64,000 nucleotides of DNA from Thermoproteus sp. (lineage in GTDB: Archaea > Thermoproteota > Thermoprotei > Thermoproteales > Thermoproteaceae), in NCBI GenBank assembly GCA_049976425.1, contig JBMFIG010000004.1:1-64000 (forward strand), in the 5' to 3' direction. A program made the position numbers and the translations under genes. The first letter of the stretch is position 1. Every line of letters starts with the position of its first letter. Below, in pieces: positions 51,190-60,853 of the stretch. The notes beneath the pieces were generated by a model that worked only from the letters and a program-made list of their open reading frames with translations, was not told the DNA's origin and ran no database searches.

Positions 51190-52562
51190 AGATCCTCGAC
51201 TCGACGCTGAGGGAAGGCGAGCAGACCCCCGGCGTCGTCTTCTCCGAAGATTGGAGGATTAGGATCGCCAAGGCCCTCTCAGATGCCGGCGTCCACATGA
51301 TAGAGGTGGGCGATCCCAACGTGGCGCCCGACATAAGGTCGGCCATAGCGAAGATAGTGGCCATGAAGAGAGACGGCGAGATAGCCGGCGAGATCGTGGC
51401 CCACAGCAGATCGGTCAAGGCAGATATAGAGAACGCCGCGTCGCTCGAGCCCGACAGGGTGGCTATATTCTACGGCGTGAGCGACATACACTTGAAGCAC
51501 AAGCACAGGAAGTCGAGGGAGGAGGCCCTGTCCATAATTGCGGAGCACGTGGAGTTCGCGAGGAGCCACGGAGTGCGCGTGAGGTTCACTGCCGAGGACG
51601 CCACGCGGGCCGACCCCGACTACTTAATACAGGTGGTCAAGACGGCGAGGGATGCGGGAGCCGACAGGGTGAGCATCGCCGACACCGTGGGTATCTTGAC
51701 GCCCGAGAAGGCGCGGCGGCTGTTCGCCGAGGTCAAGGAGGCCGTGCCCGACGTGGGGCTCGACATACACGCCCACAACGACCTCGGCATGGCGGTGGCC
51801 AACTCCTTGGCGGCCGTCGAGGGGGGAGCCGACGTGGTCCACACGACGGTGAACGGCCTCGGCGAGAGGGCAGGGATAACGCCGCTCCAGACGTTCGCCG
51901 CGGCGTACTACTACCACAGGGGGGTGAAGCTGATAGATCTGACTAAGTTGCCCTACCTGGCCTCCTTGGTGGAGGCGGCCAGCGGCATAGCGCAGATGCC
52001 CACGTTCCCCGTGACCGGCGACAACGCCTTCACGCACAAGGCCGGGGTCCACCAGGCCGGCGTGTTGGCGAGCCCCGAGACCTACGAGCCGTTCCCTCCC
52101 GAGGTGGTGGGCCGCACGAGGGACTTCTCGTTGGACAAATACAGCGGGAGGAAGGCCGTCGCCCACAGGCTCGAGAGGCTCGGCGTCAAGGTCGACGAGG
52201 AGGTCTTGGGGAAGCTCGTGGAGGAGCTGAAGTCCACCAACGCGCGGAGGCTACGCGACGAGGATCTCCTCGAGATGTTGGAGAAGATAACCGGGATGAG
52301 GTACAGGGCGCAGGTCAACAAGCACATAGAGGCGTACGTCTGGGTGAAAGTCGACGAGAACGTCTACACGACGTCGGTGGCCAGGAGGATCATGGCGATA
52401 AGGGGCGTGACCGGCGTCGGCGAGGTGACGGGCGAGTTCGACATAGTGGCCAAGATATCGGCCGAGAACGCCGAGGAGCTGAACAGGATAATCGAGGAGG
52501 TGAGGGCCGTCAAGGGCGTCAAGTCGACGCTCACCAATATAGTCCTGAAACAGCTTTCATAA
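51169..52562 (+). CDS. Homocitrate synthase with C-terminal RAM/AsnC domain; predicted -1 frameshift near the start
   Basis: ILDSTLREGEQ (upstream of the ORF-track start), HAHNDLG, GERAG and HKAGVH motifs; ATG CGT TCG GGG AAA ACG TAA, enzyme in the -1 frame. Confidence 0.88.
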
Positions 52563-52582
52563 ACCCCTCCGTCCCGCATCGA

Positions 52583-53257
52583 GTGCCCCTGGTTTCTTGG
52601 GACGAGGTTACGCCGGAGGAGCTCAAGCGTAGATATAGGGGAGGGCCTCTGCTGATACTGACCCACTGCACCAAGACCAAGAACGTCGAGTGGCGCGCCG
52701 TCGCTGACGCGTTGGCGTCCGCCGGGCTCCCCACGCCCGGCATGGATCTAGAGAGGGAGGAGCTCTATAGATCCGCCTTGAGGGATTTCGTCAAGCCCGC
52801 GGCTGAAATGTATGGGGGCTCCTTCAAGAGGGTCAGGGAAATCGCCGAGGCGGTCGCCAGATGCCTCCCCGTCGACCTCTATATACTGAGCGCGAGATAC
52901 GGCTTGATAAGGGCCGACGAGATCGTGGTGCCCTACGAAGCCACGCTGAACGGACTGAGCGCGGCTGAGCTGGAGCGGTGGGCCGAGGCCAGAGGCGTCT
53001 GGGACAAGGCGGTCGAGCTTCTGGAAAAGGGGTACGGGATGGCCGTGGCCTTCCTCCCCGGCAATTATGCCAGAGCCCTCGGGCCGGCTCTAGGCAAGAT
53101 GCTGGCCTCGGAGAACGCCCTTCTGTTGATCCCCCAGAGGCTGGCAGGACGTAGCCCCAGAGCGCTTGTGGTGAAGAACAGAGGGATTTTCAGCAGATAC
53201 GGCGATCTGTCCAACGCCAGACGCCTTCTAGAGAAAGCCCTCTGCGATCAATATTAA
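52583..53257 (+). CDS. Hypothetical protein (YaaA/DUF6884-like)
   Basis: CTKTK, AAEMYGG and ILSARYGLI…PYEATL motifs. Confidence 0.65.
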   Translation: MPLVSWDEVTPEELKRRYRGGPLLILTHCTKTKNVEWRAVADALASAGLPTPGMDLEREELYRSALRDFVKPAAEMYGGSFKRVREIAEAVARCLPVDLYILSARYGLIRADEIVVPYEATLNGLSAAELERWAEARGVWDKAVELLEKGYGMAVAFLPGNYARALGPALGKMLASENALLLIPQRLAGRSPRALVVKNRGIFSRYGDLSNARRLLEKALCDQY

Positions 53258-53276
53258 AAGGGGGCTTTACCGATAC

Positions 53277-54257
53277 ATGAAGCTCGCGGTCATCCCAGGC
53301 GACGGCATAGGGCCCGAGGTGGTGTCGGCCGCGATGAGGGTCGTCGAGGCCGCGGCTAGGAGGTTCTCCATAGACATAGAGGCCAAATACGTCGAGGCGG
53401 GAGACGCGGCGTTGAGGAAGTACGGCAGAGCCATGCCCGACGACGCCTGGCGCGTCGTGGACTCGGCCGACGCCGTCCTCAAAGGCCCCGTCGGCGAGAT
53501 CGCATACGACGTCACCTCGGCTATAAGGATGAAGTACGTCCTCTACGCCAACATAAGGCCGGCCAAAAGCCTTCCGGGGGTGCCCTCGGTGAAGCCCATA
53601 GACTGCGTCTTCATTAGAGAGAACGTCGAGGACGTATACGTGGGGGCCGAGTACAAGGTCGGCGACGTGGCCATCGCGCTCAAGGTCATCACGGGGCAGG
53701 GCACCAGGAGAGTCGCCAGGATGGCCAGACGCTACGCGGAGATGAGGAGGAGGAAGGTCACCATAGTCACCAAGTCCAACGTGTTGAGGGTGGTGGACGC
53801 CTTCTTCAGAGATGTGGCGAAGGAGGAGCTCAAGGGGCTTGAGGTCGAGGAGATGTACGTGGACGCGGCTGCCATGGAGCTCGTGAGGAACCCCGCCCGC
53901 TTCGACGTGGTGCTCACGACCAACCAATACGGCGATATACTCACCGACCTCGCGGCGCAGGTGGCCGGAAGCCTCGGGCTGGCGCCGTCGGCAAATATAG
54001 GGGACTCCAAGGCCATGTTCGAGCCGGTCCACGGAGCCGCGTTCGACATAGCCGGCAAGGGCATAGCGAATCCCGTGGCGACCATACTCTCGACGGCTTT
54101 GATGTTCGAGTGGATGGGGCGCAACGACGCGGCGGCGGCCGTGAGGAGGGCTGTGGAGGAGGCTCTGAGGCGCGGCGTCGCTACGCCGGACGTGGGAGGC
54201 CGCTCCACCACCGAGGAGGTGGGCAAATATATAGCATCCCTCGTCGAAAATATATAA
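53277..54257 (+). CDS. leuB: Isopropylmalate/homoisocitrate dehydrogenase
   Basis: PGDGIGPEV, RENVE, KSNV, YGDILTD and EPVHGAAFDIAG motifs. Confidence 0.9.
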   Translation: MKLAVIPGDGIGPEVVSAAMRVVEAAARRFSIDIEAKYVEAGDAALRKYGRAMPDDAWRVVDSADAVLKGPVGEIAYDVTSAIRMKYVLYANIRPAKSLPGVPSVKPIDCVFIRENVEDVYVGAEYKVGDVAIALKVITGQGTRRVARMARRYAEMRRRKVTIVTKSNVLRVVDAFFRDVAKEELKGLEVEEMYVDAAAMELVRNPARFDVVLTTNQYGDILTDLAAQVAGSLGLAPSANIGDSKAMFEPVHGAAFDIAGKGIANPVATILSTALMFEWMGRNDAAAAVRRAVEEALRRGVATPDVGGRSTTEEVGKYIASLVENI

Positions 54258-54277
54258 CTCGGCGTAGGACATATAGA

Positions 54278-54550
54278 ATGGACTGCGCGTCTATCTGCGG
54301 CGTCTCCTTCTCCGCAGATTTCGGCGAGGACGAGGCCTCGTTGTTGAGGGCCATCTATGCCGCCGCGATCCGCCTCGGCCCTCCGGGCGCTTGCTACGTG
54401 ATATGCAAGTCCGTCGAGAGGCTGTGCGGGATCTCGGGCGACTGCAACGCAGCCCTTAGGGAATTCGTCAAGAAATACCCCAAGGCGGCCGAGCTCTACC
54501 GGTCCGAGCTCCTACGTATCGCCGCTGGCGTGCGGGAGAAGCCGGCTTAA
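54278..54550 (+). CDS. Small Cys-rich hypothetical protein
   Basis: MDCASICG…CYVIC…C…C. Confidence 0.6.
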   Translation: MDCASICGVSFSADFGEDEASLLRAIYAAAIRLGPPGACYVICKSVERLCGISGDCNAALREFVKKYPKAAELYRSELLRIAAGVREKPA

Positions 54551-55060
54551 CGCCTGCGAGAAGTAGTCGACGAAGCCCTCCTGTTCGAATAGAGGAGGCA
54601 GAAGCTTTCCGCGGCAACCGGCGTCCCGCCAAGCCGCCTCGATCCTGTCGTATATGATACCCCTCGTCAGAACCACCGGGGCCGCCAAATCTCTACAAGA
54701 GGACTGCTGTATAGACGGCTCGCCTTCTAGGAATACGTAGGGAAGGCCTAGGGACTTCACATCGGATATGTACTCCTCGTCGTCGCCGCCGTGGAATATG
54801 TAGAGATAGGCGCCCAAGCTCCTCAGATAGTCGCCGAACCCCGGCCAGCGCGCGAGAGGCGGTATGGAGGACCCCGCCAACGCCGCCGCCCTCTTGTAAT
54901 CCCCGCCGCCCGCCACGAACACGGGCACGTAGAGCGCTCCCGACGGCTTCGTGGGCTCGTTAAGGAAGGCGTATCTGACGCCGAGCCTCTCGGCGAAGGC
55001 CTTTACCGACTCCTTATATCTGGGATCGCGCGATCCGTGGAGAAGGAGGACGATATCCAC
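54512..55060 (-). CDS. CbiX-like sirohydrochlorin chelatase
   Basis: LLLHGSRD, YAFL, PVFVAGG; duplicated HG…FLEGEP half. Confidence 0.7.
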   Translation of the reverse strand: MDIVLLLHGSRDPRYKESVKAFAERLGVRYAFLNEPTKPSGALYVPVFVAGGGDYKRAAALAGSSIPPLARWPGFGDYLRSLGAYLYIFHGGDDEEYISDVKSLGLPYVFLEGEPSIQQSSCRDLAAPVVLTRGIIYDRIEAAWRDAGCRGKLLPPLFEQEGFVDYFSQALSRLLPHASGDT

Positions 55061-55132
55061 GCGGCTTTCCCGACTGATCTTGAAAAGCCTTAATGTCATG
55101 GTGGACAGGAATCTATATACTAGGCGGGGAAG

Positions 55133-55297
55133 TTATGTAACTTCTATATGTTCGGTGAGCAACTCCGTGCCGCAACGGGGACAGCAATAGGTCACCAGTA
55201 TGTACCTTTTGGATAGGGATTTCCTGCTACATTCTTTGGGCTTCACCGGACGTTTGCAGTTCGGGCATACGACCGTGGAGAGTCTGCGTTCCCCCAT
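55133..55297 (-). CDS. Small Zn-ribbon protein (54 aa, absent from the ORF track)
   Basis: MGERRLSTVVCPNCKRPVKPKECSRKSLSKRYILVTYCCPRCGTELLTEHIEVT*; CTATATAAA about 25 nt upstream. Confidence 0.7.
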   Translation of the reverse strand: MGERRLSTVVCPNCKRPVKPKECSRKSLSKRYILVTYCCPRCGTELLTEHIEVT

Positions 55298-55438
55298 CGA
55301 CGTCTAGAGAGCCTCCCTTTATATAGCTTTTTATCCCTTTTTCTAGAGTAATATCGATCTCTATATAGAGACTCTCAAAGAAAATTATAAGCAATTTTCA
55401 AAGTTAATACTATAATAAATAACTTTATTATTAGAGTT

Positions 55439-56661
55439 TTATTTCTTATCCATAGATCTTTTACTTAACGCCGTCAAGCTATGTAGCGACCACATCTCTA
55501 TGAACCCCCTCGCCTCCTCGTCGGTCGGGTACCACCCCTTGGAGTAGTCCGCCAGCTCCTTGCTGTAGGTGCCGTATTTGGAGTCCCTGGCGACTATCTG
55601 CACAGATCCCTTGTAGAGCTTCGCCTTCACCCACCCGTCGACCCACCTCTCCATCTCGCCGGCGGCCGCCTCGATGGCGAGCCTGAGCGGCTCCACCCAC
55701 AGCCCCTGGTAGACTAGGTCTGCCCAGTAGGGGTCGAGGACGTTGTGCTTGAACCTGAGCTCCCTCGGCGTGAGGACCAGCTTCTCGAGATCCCTATGCG
55801 ACTCGAAGAGTATGACCGCGGCGGGGGCCTCGTACACCTCTCTGCTCTTGAAGCCCACCAGCCTGCTCTCGATGTGGTCTATCCTCCCGACCCCCGCGGC
55901 TCCGCCTATCTGGTTAAGCGCCTTCACGAGGGAGAGCATGTCCATGCGCTCGCCGTTGATAGCCCTAGGCAGGCCCCCCTCGAACTCTATCTCCACGTAG
56001 GTTGGCTGGTCGGGCGCCTTCTCGGGCTGGACGGTCCACTTGAAGGCGTCCTCGGGCGGCTCGAGCCTCTGGTCGTCGACGGGCCCTCCCTCTATGGAGC
56101 GGCTCCAGAGGTTCTCGTCTATGCTGTACTTCTTGTGGGCCTCCGGCACAGGTATGCCGTGCTTCTTGGCGTACTCGATCTCCTGCTCCCTGCCCATGCC
56201 CCAAACCCTCGCGGGGGCCAACACCTCCAAGTCGGGCGCAAGGGCCTTTGCGGTGACGTCGAAACGGACCTGGTCGTTTCCCTTGCTGGTGCTCCCGTGG
56301 GCTATGGCGTCAGCCCCCTCGCGCCTCGCCACCTCGACGGTCTTCGCGACAATCAGCGGCCTGGCCAACGCAGTGCCTAGGGGGTACTTCCCCTCGTACA
56401 TGGCGTTCATGAGGACGGCCCTGCCGACGTACTCCTCGGCGAATTCCCTCTTGGCGTCTATGGTGTAGTGCTTGACCGCGCCGGCCTTATAGGCCCTCGC
56501 CTCGACCTCCGAGAAGTCCTCCTCCTGCCCTACGTCGACCGTGACCGTGATAACCTCGGCGTTGTACTTCTCCGAGAGCCACTTGATGGCGACCGTGGTG
56601 TCGAGCCCGCCCGAGTAGGCGAGCGCGATCCTGCTTATTCTCGCCCCGACTTACTCGCCAT
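55439..56661 (-). CDS. argG: Argininosuccinate synthase; predicted -1 frameshift near the start
   Basis: LAYSGGLDT (upstream of the ORF-track start), HGSTSKGNDQVRF, YSIDENLW and KSREVYE motifs; ATG 56661 with GGAGG SD is out of frame. Confidence 0.92.
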
Positions 56662-56669
56662 AGTCCTCC
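56635..56669 (-). promoter_or_regulatory. SD plus putative Arg-sensing frameshift cassette (ATG GCG AGT AAG TCG GGG CGA GAA TAA)
   Basis: GGAGG at 56665-56669; G-GGG followed by Arg codon CGA; no canonical in-frame start before AYSGG. Confidence 0.8.
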
Positions 56670-56836
56670 ACATCCCCCTTGAACTCCTCTAGGGTTACCG
56701 AGCCGCCCTTGAGCCTCACAATATACCGGGTCCCGCACGTGGGGCAACTGGCTATCTCGCCGTCCATCACGTCCTCCGGCAACTCGAACTCCGTGCCGCA
56801 GACCTTGCACTGGACCACCAGCTTTTGGGTTGCCAT
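56651..56836 (-). CDS. lysW: LysW amino-group carrier protein
   Basis: CKVCG…CPTCG Zn ribbon, acidic, C-terminal EDYGE. Confidence 0.93.
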   Translation of the reverse strand: MATQKLVVQCKVCGTEFELPEDVMDGEIASCPTCGTRYIVRLKGGSVTLEEFKGDVEDYGE

Positions 56837-56906
56837 ATGGGCGAGTTCTGGGGTATATAAAACCTTTACCGACAAGGCCGGGCGGCCTCGCCGCGGGCGG
56901 CCAGCC

Positions 56907-57890
56907 TCAGCCGGTCCGCCTCAACGCCAGCTTGACCAGCTCGCGGTGGAGCGGCGTCTGCCACGCGTAGTCCTTCCCCACCCCGAGATCCTTACCTCCC
57001 TCGATCGGGGCTAGGGGATCCACGATCTTTACCACTAAGTTTTTCGAGACCAGATATCTAATGAGCTCTCTGGGGGCATCCAGCAGAACGTCGGGGTCGG
57101 CCAGCGCCTCCTCGACGACCTTTCTATACTTCGCCAGCAACTGCACGTCGATACCCCTAACCTTATACATCTTCTCCACAAGCCTCTCGACCGACCAGCC
57201 CTCCCCGGCGAGCAGCTCAACTAATCTAGGGTTGCCGCCCGCGGCGCTCCAGAGCCGCTCCGCGTCTTGGCCTGCATCGGGTATCTGCCCCACCAGCTCC
57301 TTGAAGCCCGCCTTGTTGAGGTTCCAGATAGTCCTCACGTCGGCCCACAGATGCCGGCCGATGGCCTCGAGGCTTTCTCCCTCAGACGAGGCCAAGATCA
57401 CGAATATCTTCCCCACCTCCACGGGCGGGTGCTCGGCTAAGTTGAGAGCCTTCTTTACGTATAGCTCTGCGTTGCTTACTGACTGAAATACGTCGTCTAG
57501 GAGCAATGCGAGGCTGTCTATCCTCCTCACGCCTAGCCTTCTGGCGAATATCTCGCCGATCGCCAACACGGCCTCGGCCACGGCCGAGGCGAGTTCTCCT
57601 CCAACGGCGCGGGCGAGGGACGTGACGGCCTTCTTTACGTCGTCTGGCGCCGTCAGCCCCTCCTCGGGGCCGTATAGCGGGGAGTAGTAGATCACGTAGT
57701 CGTAGGACCCGGAAAGCCTCTTGTGCAAGTACCTCAGAAGGGAGGTCTTGCCGCACCCCTCGGGGCCGTATATGACCAGAGGCACCGAGCGGCCGCGCTG
57801 GGCGAGGTCCAACAGCCTCTCTGTCTCGTCGCCGCGGTCGGCGAAACAGACGTAACGCCCCAAGAACTTCACCCTAAAGCCGCAGTCCAC
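56907..57890 (-). CDS. Archaeal ATPase (AAA/ATPase_2 family)
   Basis: FADR, YGPEGCGKT, LLLDD and GGNPR motifs; GTG start at 57890. Confidence 0.85.
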   Translation of the reverse strand: MDCGFRVKFLGRYVCFADRGDETERLLDLAQRGRSVPLVIYGPEGCGKTSLLRYLHKRLSGSYDYVIYYSPLYGPEEGLTAPDDVKKAVTSLARAVGGELASAVAEAVLAIGEIFARRLGVRRIDSLALLLDDVFQSVSNAELYVKKALNLAEHPPVEVGKIFVILASSEGESLEAIGRHLWADVRTIWNLNKAGFKELVGQIPDAGQDAERLWSAAGGNPRLVELLAGEGWSVERLVEKMYKVRGIDVQLLAKYRKVVEEALADPDVLLDAPRELIRYLVSKNLVVKIVDPLAPIEGGKDLGVGKDYAWQTPLHRELVKLALRRTG

Positions 57891-57946
57891 CGGCGTAGAG
57901 GGGACAACGATATAAATCTTTGGCGGGACCTTCGGCAGGCCGCGCG

Positions 57947-58726
57947 CTACCCGACCACGTGGGTCCCCGCGCCGTTGAGGGCAACATCTATGGGGGCCTC
58001 CACCAAGCCGCTGGATATTATCACCTCGATCCCGGCCTTGGCGGCCTCTGCGGCCATCAACAGCTTCCTCTTCATGCCGCCTTTGACCTCCTCGTTCTGG
58101 ACAAGCCGCTCCGCCTCTTCGGCCGTGAGGCGCGGCACCACCCTCCCGCCGATATAGAGGCCCTCGACGTCGCTGAGGAGCACCAGCTTCTCGGCGCCTG
58201 TCCTTTTGGCCACGTCGAACGCCAGCTGGTCGCCGTCTATGTTCAGGAGCTCGCCCCTCTCCGACACGGCGATGGGGGCCAGCACCCTCAACGGCGGCGG
58301 CGCCAGCTTGGAGGCGTCTATCTCTGTTATACGGCCCACGTAGCCCCCGTCCACGACCCTCTGCCTCCCCCTCTCGTCGACCACCAGCACCTTCTCCTTG
58401 CGCTTGGCCCTCACCACGCCTAGATCGGCCCCGGTTAGGCCCAGCGCCGGCACGCCCATGCCGTGTAGCGAGGCGACTATGGACTTGTTTATCCAGCTCA
58501 TGGCCATGACGAAGGCCTTTAAGGTCTCCCAGTCCGTGTAGCGGCTTACGAGCCCGCCGGGGTGCGTGAGGAATTTCGGCTCTATCCCCATCCTCTTCAT
58601 CAACTCGTTGACAAGACACCCCCCGCCGTGGACCACGACCGCCTTGTCGGCGTATTTGGGCAGGTTGCGGATCGCCATCGAGGCGTCCTTGCAGATAACG
58701 GATCCTCCTATCTTGATCACGATCAT
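57947..58726 (-). CDS. lysZ: [LysW]-aminoadipate/glutamate kinase
   Basis: KIGGS, VHGGG, SRYTD, NIDGD and GGMKRK motifs. Confidence 0.93.
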   Translation of the reverse strand: MIVIKIGGSVICKDASMAIRNLPKYADKAVVVHGGGCLVNELMKRMGIEPKFLTHPGGLVSRYTDWETLKAFVMAMSWINKSIVASLHGMGVPALGLTGADLGVVRAKRKEKVLVVDERGRQRVVDGGYVGRITEIDASKLAPPPLRVLAPIAVSERGELLNIDGDQLAFDVAKRTGAEKLVLLSDVEGLYIGGRVVPRLTAEEAERLVQNEEVKGGMKRKLLMAAEAAKAGIEVIISSGLVEAPIDVALNGAGTHVVG

Positions 58727-59778
58727 ATGGGGTGGGGAGGTATGTACCTAAGCCCTTGATCCTCGGGGAACCCCGCCGCTATGTTGAACGCCTGCACGGC
58801 CTGCCCGGCGGCCCCGCGCACCAAGTTGTCTATGGCCGAGAACGCGACGACCCTCCTCATCCTGGGATCTATCTCGAAGCCCACGTCGACTATGTTGGTG
58901 CCCAGTACATATTTTATATTTGGATAGCGCGCTAGGCCCAGCTTGTCCTTCACGATCCTCACGAACTTCGAGTCGCCGTACATGGCCCTATACGCCTTCC
59001 ACAACGTCGGCTCGTCCACGTCGCGTTCGGTGAACACGTGCGCCGTGGAGAGTATGCCCCTCACGGCGTCGACGGCGTGCGGCGTGTAGGCCACCCTCAC
59101 CTCCCTCCCCGCAAGCCGCGAGAGCTCCTGCTCCACCTCCGCCGCGTGTCTGTGGTGAACCGGCTCGTAGGGCCTTATGACGTAGGTGCGGTGGCTGTGC
59201 ATGTCGAGGACCGACCCCTCGGCCCCGGCGCCTGAGGAGCCCATCTTCACGTCGATTACCGGCGGGAGGGGGCCTAGAAGCCCGTATTTGGCCAGAGGCG
59301 CGAGCGCCATTATGGATGCAGTGGCGGTGCACCCGGGAGACGCTATGAGCTTGGCGCCGGGTAGCTCGTCCTTGTGCAGTTCGGGGAGGCCGTAAACCGC
59401 CTTCTTCAAGAGATCGGGGTAGGGATGCGGCTGCGGCCACTTATACCACTCCACGTAGGCGTTGGGATCCTTCAGCCTGAAGTCGGCCGACAGGTCGACC
59501 ACCATGAGGCCGTGCTCGTACAGCTGGGGGACCCACTTGACCGACTCGCCGTGGGGAAGCGCCAGGAAGACCACGTCGGCCTTCAACGCGGCGTCGATGC
59601 TGGGCTCCACGAACTTGAGGTTTGTGAATCCCCTGAGGTTTGGGTGGATCCTGTAGACGTACTCCCCCTTGAACTTCCTAGAGGTGGCGCAGACTATCTC
59701 GACCCCTCCGTGCTGTAGCAAGATGCGCAACAGCTCTCCGCCGGTGAATCCGGAGGCCCCCACTACGCAAGCCTTCAT
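58723..59778 (-). CDS. lysY: [LysW]-aminoadipate/glutamate phosphate reductase
   Basis: [24 protein letters not shown] and [11 protein letters not shown] motifs. Confidence 0.94.
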   Translation of the reverse strand: MKACVVGASGFTGGELLRILLQHGGVEIVCATSRKFKGEYVYRIHPNLRGFTNLKFVEPSIDAALKADVVFLALPHGESVKWVPQLYEHGLMVVDLSADFRLKDPNAYVEWYKWPQPHPYPDLLKKAVYGLPELHKDELPGAKLIASPGCTATASIMALAPLAKYGLLGPLPPVIDVKMGSSGAGAEGSVLDMHSHRTYVIRPYEPVHHRHAAEVEQELSRLAGREVRVAYTPHAVDAVRGILSTAHVFTERDVDEPTLWKAYRAMYGDSKFVRIVKDKLGLARYPNIKYVLGTNIVDVGFEIDPRMRRVVAFSAIDNLVRGAAGQAVQAFNIAAGFPEDQGLRYIPPHPI

Positions 59779-60460
59779 GCCTCCTCCAGCCCGACCTCGG
59801 CCAGGAGCCTCGCCCTAGCCTCGTCCAGCTCCGGCACGGGGTCTACGTCTATCACGCGCTCCCCGTCGTCGTAGACGCCGAGCGTGATCTCAGCGTACTT
59901 GAGGCCCAGCGACCTCAACACCTCGCCCGCTATCCCGTCGATCCCGGGCACGGCGAACACCTTCCTGACCTCTCTGGGCTTGGGCATGGCGATGCTACCC
60001 TTGGCCAGGGGGTTCCTCATGTAGTTGCGGTGCTCCACGACGCTTTTGGCCCCCTCTACGCTAGTCACCGACACGTCTAGGCCCAGGCGCCAGACGGTCG
60101 CGAGGAGCCACGGCGGCTTGAAGTCCACCTTCTCCACGGCCTCCTCGTCGGAGAACACGAAGAAGTGGGGGCCGTATTTGGGCAACCAGTACAGCCTATT
60201 GAGCGCGTTGTATATGGCGTATGAGGGGTTTATCGATCTGCGGAACAGGGAGGCGTACACAGCGCCGAGGTACTGGTTCCTCGTCCTTATGAAGACGGTG
60301 AAGTCCCCGCCCTCGACATGTCCCTGGGATATATCGAGGATATCGGCATGCGCGCCGCGGGCCGATAGGAGCTTGGCGAGAAGCCTCTCGCCTAGCTCGG
60401 GCTTCTCGGATAGTATGAGTATCCTCGCCCCGTTGGCCCCGCTTTCCCCGCAAGGTCCAT
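59775..60460 (-). CDS. Divergent LysX/ArgX (RimK ATP-grasp)-like protein; predicted -1 frameshift near the start
   Basis: Frame stays open upstream of the ORF-track GTG (ILILSEKPELGERLL…FIRT…SINP); KSVVEHR…NPL and IDVDPVPE resemble LysX; ATG 60460 is out of frame. Confidence 0.7.
60392..60460 (-). promoter_or_regulatory. Putative Lys/Pro/Arg-sensing frameshift cassette (GCG GGG AAA GCG GGG CCA ACG GGG CGA)
   Basis: ATG about 27 nt after TTTATATA; three tandem NCG GGG sites. Confidence 0.8.
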
Positions 60461-60519
60461 ATAGGCTGGGCTGGGGACTATATATAAACTTAACGGGCTA
60501 TTACGCAAAAACCGATTTC

Positions 60520-60786
60520 TCAGTTGCCTATCGCCTTTCTCTGTAGCCACTTGGCGTACATTATCATGAATACGTCTGCGTTGTGTTTTCCTACGGCTTT
60601 GGATAGGGCTTGGTAAATCTCGTCGGGTTTTTCTAGGGCTATCTCCTCGAAGGTCTTCCCCAAGACTCTAGCCAGCCTCACGTCCAGCACAGCCCTATAG
60701 CTGTTATCCAGAGAGCTGTAGAACTCCAACAACCTCCCTCTAGACATCCTCACATCACCAGCCCAAGTCCTCACAACCGCCGTCAT
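60520..60786 (-). CDS. Small hypothetical protein
   Basis: 88-aa ORF, lower GC than its neighbours. Confidence 0.65.
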   Translation of the reverse strand: MTAVVRTWAGDVRMSRGRLLEFYSSLDNSYRAVLDVRLARVLGKTFEEIALEKPDEIYQALSKAVGKHNADVFMIMYAKWLQRKAIGN

Positions 60787-60853
60787 GCCTCCACTTTACC
60801 TTTAAAAATAAAAACTTGCGAAGCGCCGAGAGAACACATCCCACATATAAAAA

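Noticed and set aside
56636-60422. ATA initiation after a shared CGGGGCGAGR motif in argG and the lysX-like gene
   Set aside because: Not excluded, but the shared motif is simply NCG GGG CGA, and ATA starts do not explain leuA, ilvB or homocitrate synthase
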